The notes under the pieces: model-generated
What the model was told of the DNA's origin: nothing
The model's database searches: none
The model's input: only the letters and a program-made list of their open reading frames with translations
Translations under genes and position numbers: made by a program
Part shown: one piece after another, positions 8,840-16,929 of the stretch
Layout: each line of letters begins with the position of its first letter
How positions within the stretch are numbered: the first letter of the stretch is position 1
Origin: Copranaerobaculum intestinale
Lineage (GTDB): Bacteria > Bacillota_I > Bacilli_A > Erysipelotrichales > Erysipelotrichaceae
NCBI RefSeq assembly: GCF_009831105.1
Contig: NZ_WUUQ01000002.1
Coordinates: forward strand, 706,857-738,856
Direction of reading: 5' to 3'
DNA length: 32,000 nt

Positions 8840-9763
8840 CTATACTACATAATACATAAATTTCTTCCCAATTCGCTGCTTTCGATACCAGTTCTGTTTA
8901 ACGATACCCTCAAGCGAGTAACGAGCAGTTTCATAGCATACCTCTGCAAAAGTCATATAATCCCTGATCGTATAGTAATGGTCAACCTGATTATGGGTGA
9001 CATAAAAACCTGCTTGATGCTCACTTAACATCGGATACTGCTGCAGCAGTTCCTGTTTCGATAATATTCGCACGTCATCTCGCGCATTCCTACCTAATGA
9101 TAACACTTGTTTTGATAAATTCAACCGTAACTTGTCAAGAAACAATAAAAGCTTATACGTAAGATCAAACTCAGCCGGACTTGAGATATTGATATCAAAA
9201 AGCTCTGAAATCGACAAAAATGATAACGGATATAGCATTTTATGGCTTCCTAACAAGAAAAGGACGAATGCATAACTGGTGACTTTATCAAAAAATTCCA
9301 ATGCCACAAAAATTCGCAGAATGATGGAAATCTGATCATCAAGAAAGAAAGCAAAGTGTTTTCTTTGGATTGAATGGTCAATGCCCCATTGATCAAGGAA
9401 ACGAAACAGCATCATTTCCTTATCGCCTGACAAAGCTATCTGCATCTGATTTATGAATTGATGGGCCGTGGACTGCTGACGTTCATTTAGAATACGAGTA
9501 TCACATTCCCATACAACATGCTCATTACGGTGATCAAAACTGATCCCATAGAGCTGATCGGTCAGCTCATTGATACGATCGTTCACACAACTGTTTCTGG
9601 TAATATAGTACTCTTTTGCGAATGGGACAGACCAGCGAAACAACCGCCGATAATTCTCAATTTCTATCCATATCGGATCGATCATCAGCATTTGAAAATC
9701 TTGCGCGACCTCTTCTTTTCGGCAATATTTCATATCGGTGTACTTCTGAGCAGTTTCAAACAT
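8840..9763 (-). CDS. hypothetical protein; possible catalytically dead Fic-like scaffold with C-terminal winged-helix tail
   Basis: Good SD: GGAG, 8 nt, ATG. The C-terminus (YPMLSEHQAGFYVTH..YYTIRDY..CYETARYSLEGIV..IGKKFMYY) resembles the wHTH tail of Firmicute Fic-family proteins as I remember them. No HxFx(D/E)GNGR motif, HPF or GNG occurs anywhere in the protein. Confidence 0.6.
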   Translation of the reverse strand: MFETAQKYTDMKYCRKEEVAQDFQMLMIDPIWIEIENYRRLFRWSVPFAKEYYITRNSCVNDRINELTDQLYGISFDHRNEHVVWECDTRILNERQQSTAHQFINQMQIALSGDKEMMLFRFLDQWGIDHSIQRKHFAFFLDDQISIILRIFVALEFFDKVTSYAFVLFLLGSHKMLYPLSFLSISELFDINISSPAEFDLTYKLLLFLDKLRLNLSKQVLSLGRNARDDVRILSKQELLQQYPMLSEHQAGFYVTHNQVDHYYTIRDYMTFAEVCYETARYSLEGIVKQNWYRKQRIGKKFMYYVV

Positions 9764-9814
9764 TTTCTCATCTCCTAGATCATTTTAGCAAAGTAATAGG
9801 AGAAAATGGTGATT

Positions 9815-9833
9815 CTCGACAAACGTTGTCAAA
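9815..9833. promoter_or_regulatory. 17-bp near-perfect palindrome with two 0A-box-like half-sites (candidate operator)
   Basis: Minus strand reads TTGACAA-CGT-TTGTCGA (9832-9816). It contains TGTCGAG (minus, 9821-9815) and TGTCAAA (plus, 9827-9833), each 6/7 to the 0A box TGTCGAA. It sits about 55-70 nt upstream of the 307-aa ORF. Confidence 0.35.
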
Positions 9834-9837
9834 AGAC

Positions 9838-9863
9838 CACAAAAAAAGCCGCTGAACGGCTTT
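9838..9863 (-). terminator. intrinsic terminator after the ABC remnant
   Basis: AAAGCCG-TTCAG-CGGCTTT followed by a T-run on the minus strand. Confidence 0.7.
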
Positions 9864-9880
9864 ACAAACGAATGATTTCA

Positions 9881-10085
9881 TCACAATGCTAGATATTCAA
9901 CATGGGTTACAACGATCACAGTTTTTTGTTGTAAGGTAAATGCTTTTAGAATGGCGATTACTTCATTACGATTTTCTTGATCCAGATTACCGGTTGGCTC
10001 ATCGGCGAGGATAATATGAGAAGGCTTCAAAATCAAACGCGATGAAGTCGAAACATAACAAAACAACAAATAATAGTTTTTTCAT
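9881..10085 (-). pseudogene. remnant of an ABC-transporter ATPase gene (Walker B to H-loop only) fused out of frame to an orphan signal-peptide-like start
   Basis: The 62-codon frame carries only SRLILKPSHIILADEPTGNLD...VVTH (Walker B, D-loop, H-loop). There is no Walker A, Q-loop or LSGGQ. Upstream, an intact GGAG-N8-ATG (ATG at 10085) opens a different frame, MKKLLFVVLLCFDF..., which stops after 28 codons. Confidence 0.7.
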
Positions 10086-10140
10086 ATCCTTTTCTCCAAG
10101 ATGAAAAGTTTAAACCAATAAAGCATCTCATTGCTTATAC

Positions 10141-10185
10141 AACAAAAAATCCCCCATATATATTATTATATCACCAGGGGATTTT
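10141..10185 (-). terminator. putative terminator after lepA
   Basis: 9-bp stem AAAATCCCC/GGGGATTTT (10146-10154 / 10177-10185) with a large AT-rich loop, followed by T-rich sequence. Confidence 0.45.
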
Positions 10186-10198
10186 TAAGCAATTTTAT

Positions 10199-12001
10199 TT
10201 ATTCATCATCCATTGACAAAACAGCCATAAATGCTTCCTGCGGAACTTCCACAGAGCCTACGGATTTCATACGTTTTTTGCCCTCTTTTTGCTTCTCCAG
10301 CAGCTTTTTCTTACGCGAGATATCACCGCCATAACACTTAGCTAAGACATTCTTACGCAGTGCTTTGATATCCGAGCGTGCAATAATCTTACCGTTGATC
10401 GCAGCCTGAACAGGAATTTCAAACTGCTGACGAGGAATCAGTTTTTTCAGTTTTTCACAGATTGCCTTCCCGCGATGATAAGCGAAATCCCGATGGACGA
10501 TTGTAGATAATGCATCCACAATATCACTGTTTAATAAAATATCCATTTTTACAAGTTTATTCGGCTGATAACCGATTAATTCATAATCAAGTGAAGCATA
10601 TCCGCGGGTACAGGATTTCAGCTTATCAAAGAAATCATAAACTATTTCACCCAGTGGCAATTCATAGATGATATTCACGCGGGTATCATCCAGATATACC
10701 ATATCTTTATAGAATCCGCGCTTATTTTGACAAAGCTCCATGATCGGTCCGATATATTCGGTTGGTGACATGATAGACGCTTTTACAAACGGTTCTTCGA
10801 TATGATCAATCTTGGAAACATCGGGAAGCATGCTTGGATTATCAACAAGCGTCATAGACCCATCAGTCAAATAGGCATGATATACAACACTGGGCGCAGT
10901 GGCAATCAAATCAATATTATATTCCCGCTCGATCCGCTCCTGGATGACATCCATGTGCAAAAGCCCTAAAAAGCCGCAGCGAAAACCAAAGCCCAATGCC
11001 TGTGATGTTTCCGCTTCAAAATGCAGTGAAGCATCATTCAGCTGTAATTTTTCCAACGCATCACGAAGATCATTGTATTTTGCGGAATCAATCGGATACA
11101 GACCGCAGTAAACCATTGGATTTAATTGACGGTAACCGGAAAGCGGTTCAGCTGCCGGACGTTCTGCAAAAGTAATGGTATCACCGACACGAACATCTTT
11201 CACTGACTTGATGCTGGCGGCGATCCACCCTACTTCTCCGCAATGCAAAATATTCTTTTTCACTTCTTTAGGTGTATGAACCCCCAGTTCAAGCACTTCA
11301 TATTCAGCTCCGGTAGCCATAAAGCGGATTTTATCTCCAATCTTCACTTCTCCTTCTTTGATGCGAACATAGGCAATGACTCCGCGGTATGCATCATACA
11401 GCGAGTCAAAAACCAGCGCCTGAAGCGGCGCTGATGCATCCCCATGCGGTGCCGGTACTTGTTTTATGATCTGTTCCAGGACATCTTCAACATGTAAACC
11501 GCTTTTCGCTGATATCAGCGGTGCCTCATCAGCCGGCAATCCGATGACATTCTCGATTTCCTGTTTTACCAGATCCGGCTGAGCACTGGGCAGATCAATT
11601 TTATTGATCACCGGCAGGATTTCCAAGTCGTTGTCTAAGGCCAAATATACATTCGCCAGGGTCTGCGCCTCAATCCCCTGTGCCGCATCTACTACTAAAA
11701 CCGCTCCCTCACACGCCGCAAGAGAACGCGATACCTCATACGTGAAATCGACATGGCCCGGCGTATCGATCAGATGAAGCAAGTATGTTTCGCCATCTTT
11801 GGCTCGATAGTTCAGTTGTACCGCATTTAATTTGATGGTAATTCCCCGCTCCCGTTCAAGCTCCATAGAATCCAACAGCTGTTCCTTCATTTCACGGTTC
11901 TGCACGGTATCCGTGATTTCCAGAATCCGATCAGCCAGCGTTGATTTTCCATGGTCGATATGAGCAATGATGGAAAAATTGCGGATATGTTTCTGATCCA
12001 C
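10199..12001 (-). CDS. lepA: translation elongation factor 4 (LepA)
   Basis: [17 protein letters not shown]1 motif and full-length EF4 similarity. I place the start at GTG 12001, behind AAAGGAG with 8-nt spacing. The track ATG at 12028 abuts the -10 box. Confidence 0.95.
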   Translation of the reverse strand: MDQKHIRNFSIIAHIDHGKSTLADRILEITDTVQNREMKEQLLDSMELERERGITIKLNAVQLNYRAKDGETYLLHLIDTPGHVDFTYEVSRSLAACEGAVLVVDAAQGIEAQTLANVYLALDNDLEILPVINKIDLPSAQPDLVKQEIENVIGLPADEAPLISAKSGLHVEDVLEQIIKQVPAPHGDASAPLQALVFDSLYDAYRGVIAYVRIKEGEVKIGDKIRFMATGAEYEVLELGVHTPKEVKKNILHCGEVGWIAASIKSVKDVRVGDTITFAERPAAEPLSGYRQLNPMVYCGLYPIDSAKYNDLRDALEKLQLNDASLHFEAETSQALGFGFRCGFLGLLHMDVIQERIEREYNIDLIATAPSVVYHAYLTDGSMTLVDNPSMLPDVSKIDHIEEPFVKASIMSPTEYIGPIMELCQNKRGFYKDMVYLDDTRVNIIYELPLGEIVYDFFDKLKSCTRGYASLDYELIGYQPNKLVKMDILLNSDIVDALSTIVHRDFAYHRGKAICEKLKKLIPRQQFEIPVQAAINGKIIARSDIKALRKNVLAKCYGGDISRKKKLLEKQKEGKKRMKSVGSVEVPQEAFMAVLSMDDE

Positions 12002-12029
12002 ACGCACCACTCCTTTCACAAGTAGCATT

Positions 12030-12038
12030 ATTATATCA
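12030..12038 (-). promoter_or_regulatory. extended -10 promoter for lepA
   Basis: Minus strand reads TGaTATAAT immediately downstream of the fmt terminator. The -35 is weak. Confidence 0.45.
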
Positions 12039-12043
12039 AAATC

Positions 12044-12074
12044 AAGAAAAGAAGAAAAGCACTTTTATGTGCTT
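12044..12074 (-). terminator. putative terminator after fmt
   Basis: AAGCAC-ATAAAA-GTGCTT hairpin followed by TTCTTCTTTTCTT on the minus strand. Confidence 0.5.
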
Positions 12075-12087
12075 CTCCCGTTGTCCA

Positions 12088-13026
12088 TTACTGCATGATT
12101 TTACCGATGTCATTCCGTCCGGAGCCATTAAAATACGCTTTGGCATCTACCTTATTCTTTCCTTCCAGCTGTAATTCATCCACCAGAATAAAACCATTCG
12201 ATGCGGCAATGGCATATCCGCCATCCATCATACCGATCATTTCTCCAGGCTGATATGCATGCGGCTGACGTTTCATCCGTACACGATGAAATTTCATTTT
12301 TTTCTGATTCAATATCGCGTAGCCGATCGGTGCCGGGATCAAACCGCGAATATGGTTGTATACTTCTTGCACATCTTCGGTAAACGTAATCTTTTCTTCT
12401 TCCTTGGATATATTATAAGCAAAGGTTGCGGCTGCTTCATCCTGCTCGCGAAAGACGGCAGTACCATTCAGGATCAAAGGGATACATTCCATTAATAAAT
12501 CAGCTCCAGCTAACGATAGCTTATCCGACAAAGAGCCGGTCGTATCCTGCGGCTCAATGATAACCTTACGTTGTGCCATAACTGCCCCAGCATCCATTTT
12601 CTTTACCATTCTCATAATGGAAATACCGCTTTCTTTATCGCCGTTTATGATCGCTTTATGAATTGGCGCCCCGCCTCGAAGCTTCGGCAATAAGGATGCA
12701 TGAACATTGATACTGCCATAGACAGGGGTATTTAATACAATATCAGGAATGATCTGACCGTAGGCACAGGTTATAATCAAATCCGGATTCCAAGCCAGGA
12801 TATCCGTATACTCTGTTTTAATAGAAACCGGCTGTAAAACCGGCAGCTGGTTTGCCAGTGCCAATTCCTTTACCGGTGTCATCTGCAGAAGCTGCTTGCG
12901 TCCTACTTTTTTATCTGGCTGGGATACGACCCCTACCACCTGACAATTTTCATTAAGCAACCGCTGCAGGATCGTGCAGGCAAATGCGGGCGTACCCATA
13001 AATACAATCCGTGTGGATTTTAACAT
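12088..13026 (-). CDS. fmt: methionyl-tRNA formyltransferase
   Basis: RIVFMGTPAFA N-terminus, SLLPKLRGGAPI motif, 312 aa. SD AGAGGTGA lies 7 nt before the ATG. Confidence 0.93.
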   Translation of the reverse strand: MLKSTRIVFMGTPAFACTILQRLLNENCQVVGVVSQPDKKVGRKQLLQMTPVKELALANQLPVLQPVSIKTEYTDILAWNPDLIITCAYGQIIPDIVLNTPVYGSINVHASLLPKLRGGAPIHKAIINGDKESGISIMRMVKKMDAGAVMAQRKVIIEPQDTTGSLSDKLSLAGADLLMECIPLILNGTAVFREQDEAAATFAYNISKEEEKITFTEDVQEVYNHIRGLIPAPIGYAILNQKKMKFHRVRMKRQPHAYQPGEMIGMMDGGYAIAASNGFILVDELQLEGKNKVDAKAYFNGSGRNDIGKIMQ

Positions 13027-13048
13027 AATCGCATCACCTCTGGGTGAT

Positions 13049-13059
13049 ATTATACCACA
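13049..13059 (-). promoter_or_regulatory. extended -10 promoter for fmt
   Basis: Minus strand reads TGTGGTATAAT. The possible -35 TTGGAT has only about 15 nt of spacing. Confidence 0.45.
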
Positions 13060-13141
13060 TCCTCATCCGATCCAATAAAAAAAGAACCCGTTTTAAAATG
13101 CATCCGCATAAAATTAGAGATGATGCATTTTTGTTTGGATT

Positions 13142-13435
13142 CTATTCTGCTAAGCCGTGAAAAATATCCGATACGATAACTGTACTGGTATCTACCAGAT
13201 CCACAATGAACTGAGAGGTACGCTTTGCCATACTGGAAGCGAGGTTCTCATCAATTTCATTTAAAGAACTCTTATCCACCTGTGGTTTCACCGGCTTATT
13301 TTGAGCAACACTTGATTCAAACTCCGCTATTTTATCATGAAGCTCCTCACGATCTTTTTCGTGATCATCAGATACATACGATCCAATTGCCACCAGCAGC
13401 AATATCAGACAGGCATCAGCGATAAATCTTCTCAT
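13142..13435 (-). CDS. small membrane-anchored hypothetical protein (occupies the position of B. subtilis yqxA after spoIIP)
   Basis: ATG lies 6 nt after the spoIIP stop, behind GGGGTGA. It has an N-terminal hydrophobic segment (ACLILLLVAIGSYV) and an acidic remainder. I recognise no motif. Confidence 0.6.
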   Translation of the reverse strand: MRRFIADACLILLLVAIGSYVSDDHEKDREELHDKIAEFESSVAQNKPVKPQVDKSSLNEIDENLASSMAKRTSQFIVDLVDTSTVIVSDIFHGLAE

Positions 13436-13441
13436 CTGTAA

Positions 13442-14314
13442 TCACCCCATCATTTTCTCAATCGCCTTGGCCAATACATCCAGGGAGTTGGTCACTTCTT
13501 CAAAGGTGTTCTGATCAGCCCCAACTTCAATCAAGATCATGTTCGGGCTCATCTGCTGATTATAATAAGCCTCTCTGGTCATCGGCGCTTTCATGATACC
13601 ATTTACATCTTGGTTGATAATGTCAGTTAGTGTCGTTGCAATTTTCGTTGACGCAGATACATTTTTACTCAAGCCACCGATCACCGTCATCACGCGGGCA
13701 TAGGATTTCCCATTGATTTCCGTAAAGCAGGCCTCTCTTGGTACACTGTCACGATGAAGATCGATAACCAGATCGAATCCGCCATAGTTGGCAAATGCGT
13801 CATTGATAAATTTATTGGATACTGCATAGCTGCTGTTATAGTCCCAGCCCTGAGAACGTCCGTAGGCAACAAAATCATTGGTTTCCACAACGACATCAAT
13901 ACCTGCCTTCTGCAGTTTTTCAGCCAATACCTGGGCTCCGTCCATAACCGTTTTGCCCCCCTGATATCCTTCCTGTTGATGAGTGTTATAAATATAAATC
14001 CGTTTCTTTTCCTTTTTATCTGATGCTGATATTTTTGGTGCTTCCGGAACAACTGGAGCGTCCTGATCCTGGGTAGTCTTATATTCTTTCTCCTGATCGG
14101 TTTCATTAGGAATGTTAACCGTTGAATTTTTCGTAATTACATTAAGCTGATCTTTGATAGACTGCGGCTCACTCAGTGTCCGCTGATGATAAACGAGGGA
14201 GGTCAATACTTCATTTTTACTGAGTTTATCTTTTATGGAGCCAAAAAATGGTGTCGCAAGCAAAAAGGCACTCAACGCTATCAATTTGAAAATAATCTTA
14301 AGATTTGTCCTCAT
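13442..14314 (-). CDS. spoIIP: stage II sporulation protein P
   Basis: N-terminal membrane anchor, then the SpoIIP amidase-like core (IYIYNTHQQEGY, DLHRD, MILIEVG). It sits downstream of gpr as in Bacillus. SD is GAGGGGG. Confidence 0.85.
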   Translation of the reverse strand: MRTNLKIIFKLIALSAFLLATPFFGSIKDKLSKNEVLTSLVYHQRTLSEPQSIKDQLNVITKNSTVNIPNETDQEKEYKTTQDQDAPVVPEAPKISASDKKEKKRIYIYNTHQQEGYQGGKTVMDGAQVLAEKLQKAGIDVVVETNDFVAYGRSQGWDYNSSYAVSNKFINDAFANYGGFDLVIDLHRDSVPREACFTEINGKSYARVMTVIGGLSKNVSASTKIATTLTDIINQDVNGIMKAPMTREAYYNQQMSPNMILIEVGADQNTFEEVTNSLDVLAKAIEKMMG

Positions 14315-14362
14315 AAGAAAACCCCCTCTTTCAACGATATGAAAAAAGCCGGGGGTTTATAC

Positions 14363-15241
14363 CTAAAGTGTATCGAAGGCTGGATGGAAAAATTTATTGA
14401 GGGCAGTAGAAACAATATAGATCAAATGCTTTAATTCATCATCCATTGATTTCGGAGTAACAATCAAATCAAGGTGATTTTTCTGAGCGAGCTGTTCCAG
14501 CATCTTTTCTTTTTCATCATCCAAAGGATCCAGCGCTTCACTGAGAATAGCACCGATGCTGGTTACCGTGGCAACACCAATCGCAATTACTGGTACATGT
14601 AACGCTTCTTCATTCAGGGCATGGCGATGATTTCCTACCCCGCTGCCGGGACGGATACCGGTGTTGTTGATCTGGATAACCCGATTGATTCTGCCGGTAT
14701 TACGGGTTGCCAGCGCATCAATTACAAACACGACATCAGGTTGATACTCCTCACACACACTTTTCACGATTGCTGAGGATTCCAGACCGGTTTGCCCCAT
14801 GACACCGGGCTGGATTACCGCCACATTGCCGGTACCCTTCAGCATCGAATGATCTTCATTGGCATACAGATGTGCTGTTACCATGATTTCATTGGCAACC
14901 CCCGGACCCAAGGCATCTGATGTAATAAAACGATTTCCCAGACCCACAACCAATATTTTTTGAGGATTCAGTTTCATATTTTTCATCATGATCTCTAAAT
15001 TCTGCTTAACCGTTTCTACCACCATGTCCCGATGATCACGGTCTAAAATATTCTGAAATTCAATTGAGACATAGTCACCCTTATCTTTTCCCAAAACATT
15101 TTCATCTTCCAATATCTTTATATAGTTTGTTTTGATATCCTGCCATACCTTTTCTATATGCTGGTATGTTTTCTCGTCTACCTGACGGGAGATCATTTCA
15201 TCCGCAAAATCGCTGCGAATGTTGTAATTTCGTTTACTCAT
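14363..15241 (-). CDS. gpr: germination protease GPR (spore endopeptidase)
   Basis: VGLGNRFITSDALGP and PGVMGQTG motifs typical of GPR. It is divergent from rpsT as in B. subtilis. SD is GAGGTGA. Confidence 0.88.
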   Translation of the reverse strand: MSKRNYNIRSDFADEMISRQVDEKTYQHIEKVWQDIKTNYIKILEDENVLGKDKGDYVSIEFQNILDRDHRDMVVETVKQNLEIMMKNMKLNPQKILVVGLGNRFITSDALGPGVANEIMVTAHLYANEDHSMLKGTGNVAVIQPGVMGQTGLESSAIVKSVCEEYQPDVVFVIDALATRNTGRINRVIQINNTGIRPGSGVGNHRHALNEEALHVPVIAIGVATVTSIGAILSEALDPLDDEKEKMLEQLAQKNHLDLIVTPKSMDDELKHLIYIVSTALNKFFHPAFDTL

Positions 15242-15258
15242 AGATTCACCTCAATGCA

Positions 15259-15289
15259 TAGTATGGATTTTTTTCTTCATGTTATTGCA
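15259..15289 (-). promoter_or_regulatory. candidate forespore (sigmaF/sigmaG-type) promoter for gpr
   Basis: Minus strand: TGCAATA (15289-15283), 17 nt, then CATACTA (15265-15259). CATACTA matches the sigmaG -10 consensus as I recall it. The -35 differs from GCATA by one inserted base. Confidence 0.45.
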
Positions 15290-15313
15290 TTTTAAGGTGA
15301 CTTTTGATATAAT
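15285..15313 (+). promoter_or_regulatory. sigmaA promoter for rpsT
   Basis: TTGCAT (15285-15290), a 17-nt spacer, then TGaTATAAT (-10 at 15308-15313). Confidence 0.65.
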
Positions 15314-15351
15314 TTACAAGCATATTGTGTAAACCATGAGGAGGTGTAAAA

Positions 15352-15615
15352 ATGCCACAGATTCAGTCTCAGAAAAAGCGTGTAAAAACTAATAACAAAA
15401 GAAACTTAGCAGTTGCTGCACAGAAATCAGCTTTGAAAACTTCAATCAAAAAAGTATTAGCAGCTGTTGAAGCTAAAGATAAAGACGCTGCCGTTGCCGC
15501 TTACAACGAAGCAAGTTCGAAACTGGACAAGGCTGCCGCAAAAGGCATCCACCATAAGAACTACGCAACTCGTCAGAAATCTCGTTTAAGCAGAGCTATC
15601 AATGCATTAGGATAA
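15352..15615 (+). CDS. rpsT: 30S ribosomal protein S20
   Basis: 87 aa, basic and Ala/Lys-rich, with an MPQIQSQKKRVKTNNKRN start typical of S20. SD is GAGGAGG. Confidence 0.96.
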   Translation: MPQIQSQKKRVKTNNKRNLAVAAQKSALKTSIKKVLAAVEAKDKDAAVAAYNEASSKLDKAAAKGIHHKNYATRQKSRLSRAINALG

Positions 15616-15640
15616 TCAGTTCGTAAGGACTGATTTTTTT
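15615..15640 (+). terminator. intrinsic terminator after rpsT
   Basis: ATCAGT-TCGTAAGG-ACTGAT followed by TTTTTT. It begins at the stop codon. Confidence 0.75.
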
Positions 15641-15684
15641 GTATTCAATAAGATTCTTTTACGATTTGTACGGAGTATCTATAA

Positions 15685-15709
15685 CAAAAAAAGCGAAACC
15701 ATTTTCGCT
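15685..15709 (-). terminator. intrinsic terminator after sdaA (bidirectional)
   Basis: AGCGAAA-CCA-TTTCGCT with an A-run upstream and a T-run downstream, giving a U-tract on either strand. Confidence 0.75.
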
Positions 15710-15712
15710 TTT

Positions 15713-16927
15713 TTATTCATCTTCTTCCAATGGTACTTCTAAGGCTAATCCACCCAATGAGGTTTCTCTCAGCTCGATTGCTAGCTTCTTGCCGGTATAC
15801 TGCATGGTATTCACAACCATATCAAACGATATAACATTATCACGCACATCCAGCAGGTTAGTAGATAAGAAGGCTGCATCCATGGAACGCAGTACCGCAA
15901 CCGCATTGCGTTCAATACAAGGTATCATTACATAACCGCCTACCGGATCACAGGTTAATCCTAAATGATGTTCTATTCCCATCTCTGCCGCATATTCAAT
16001 TTTATGAATTGGCAGCTGGCGGAAGTAAGCAGCCATTGCCGCGCCCATGGCACATGCAGCTCCTATTTCTGCCTGGCAGCCTCCCTGCGCGCCGGAAATT
16101 GTTGCATTCTGTTTGATCAGATTGCCGAAAATTCCTGCTATCTTTAATCCGCGAATCATCATCTCTAAGGGCATATGCAGGTCATAATGATGATAATAAA
16201 GGATAGCTGGAAGGATACCGCTGCTGCCTAATGTCGGTGCGGTCACGGTCATCCCGCCGCCGGCATTTTCTTCGCTCGCCGCATAAGCATAAGCACTCAG
16301 CAGCAGCTTCTCTTTCTCGGAAGGAATCAGCGCCGCCTTCGCCTTGCGATGCAAGGATCCGGCGGTACGCTGCAGCTTCAGCTTGCCTGGCAGAATACCT
16401 TCACTTGCAAGCCCTTGTTTTACAGTTTCCATCATCTGATGAAAAATTGCTTCCAAATAATCATCTATTTTTTCATAATGATCCACATATTCAGCTAAAT
16501 CTAAATCATGACAGCTACAAAATGCCTTGATTTCAGAAAAGCTCTTCTGTGGATAAATTTCTTTTCCGTCTTCATCTTCAACCCCAATAATACGAATGGC
16601 ACCGCCGCCGATTGAACAGATTGTCCACTCTCCCAGAACATTTTTCTGCAAATCAAACGCAGTAAGCTTCATTGTATTGGGATGCGGCAGTTTAACATCC
16701 TCATGATGAAATAACACTTCACAAGCAATAGGCTCCATCGTCTTCTTGATAATGGTGTCTGTTCCATGACCTTTTCCGGTTAATGCCAGCGAACCGAAAA
16801 GATCTGCCTGCATGCTTGCTGCTGCGGCAAATGCTGCCTTGAATTTTAAACATGCCCGCTGCGGACCCAATGTATGAGAAGAAGAAGGCCCTGGTCCAAT
16901 TCGATATAGTTCTTTTAACGACTTCAT
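15713..16927 (-). CDS. sdaA: L-serine dehydratase, iron-sulfur type, single-chain (fused beta-alpha) form
   Basis: The N-terminus MKSLKELYRIGPGPSSSHTLGP matches the SdaA signature GxGPSSSHTxGP. The alpha-domain blocks GSSGILPA and GGCQAEIG are present. ATG at 16927 lies behind AGGGAGA. The track start at 16933 is TTG. Confidence 0.88.
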   Translation of the reverse strand: MKSLKELYRIGPGPSSSHTLGPQRACLKFKAAFAAAASMQADLFGSLALTGKGHGTDTIIKKTMEPIACEVLFHHEDVKLPHPNTMKLTAFDLQKNVLGEWTICSIGGGAIRIIGVEDEDGKEIYPQKSFSEIKAFCSCHDLDLAEYVDHYEKIDDYLEAIFHQMMETVKQGLASEGILPGKLKLQRTAGSLHRKAKAALIPSEKEKLLLSAYAYAASEENAGGGMTVTAPTLGSSGILPAILYYHHYDLHMPLEMMIRGLKIAGIFGNLIKQNATISGAQGGCQAEIGAACAMGAAMAAYFRQLPIHKIEYAAEMGIEHHLGLTCDPVGGYVMIPCIERNAVAVLRSMDAAFLSTNLLDVRDNVISFDMVVNTMQYTGKKLAIELRETSLGGLALEVPLEEDE

Positions 16928-16929
16928 AA

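Noticed and set aside
9827-9832. Perfect TTGACA (minus strand) as a -35 element
   Set aside because: No acceptable -10 lies at 16-18 nt (CCATTT). I interpret it as one arm of the palindrome instead.
9881-10069. 62-aa ORF as a functional ABC ATPase
   Set aside because: It lacks Walker A, the Q-loop and the ABC signature, and its apparent start is TTG. I report it as a pseudogene remnant.
12002-12028. ATG 12028 as the lepA start
   Set aside because: That ATG abuts the TGaTATAAT box and has no SD. GTG 12001 has AAAGGAG at 8 nt and gives a normal LepA N-terminus.
13098-13128. ATGCATC...GATGCAT hairpin after the 97-aa ORF as a terminator
   Set aside because: The loop is 17 nt and only three T residues follow on the minus strand. 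This is too weak to call, although some termination before fmt is plausible.
13272-13280. DnaA-box-like TTATCCACC
   Set aside because: It is a single 8/9 match inside a coding region with no cluster of boxes. It is not an origin signature.
13690-14106. 138-aa minus-strand ORF nested in another frame of spoIIP
   Set aside because: The spoIIP frame carries the family motifs. The nested frame is Arg/Lys-rich with no SD.
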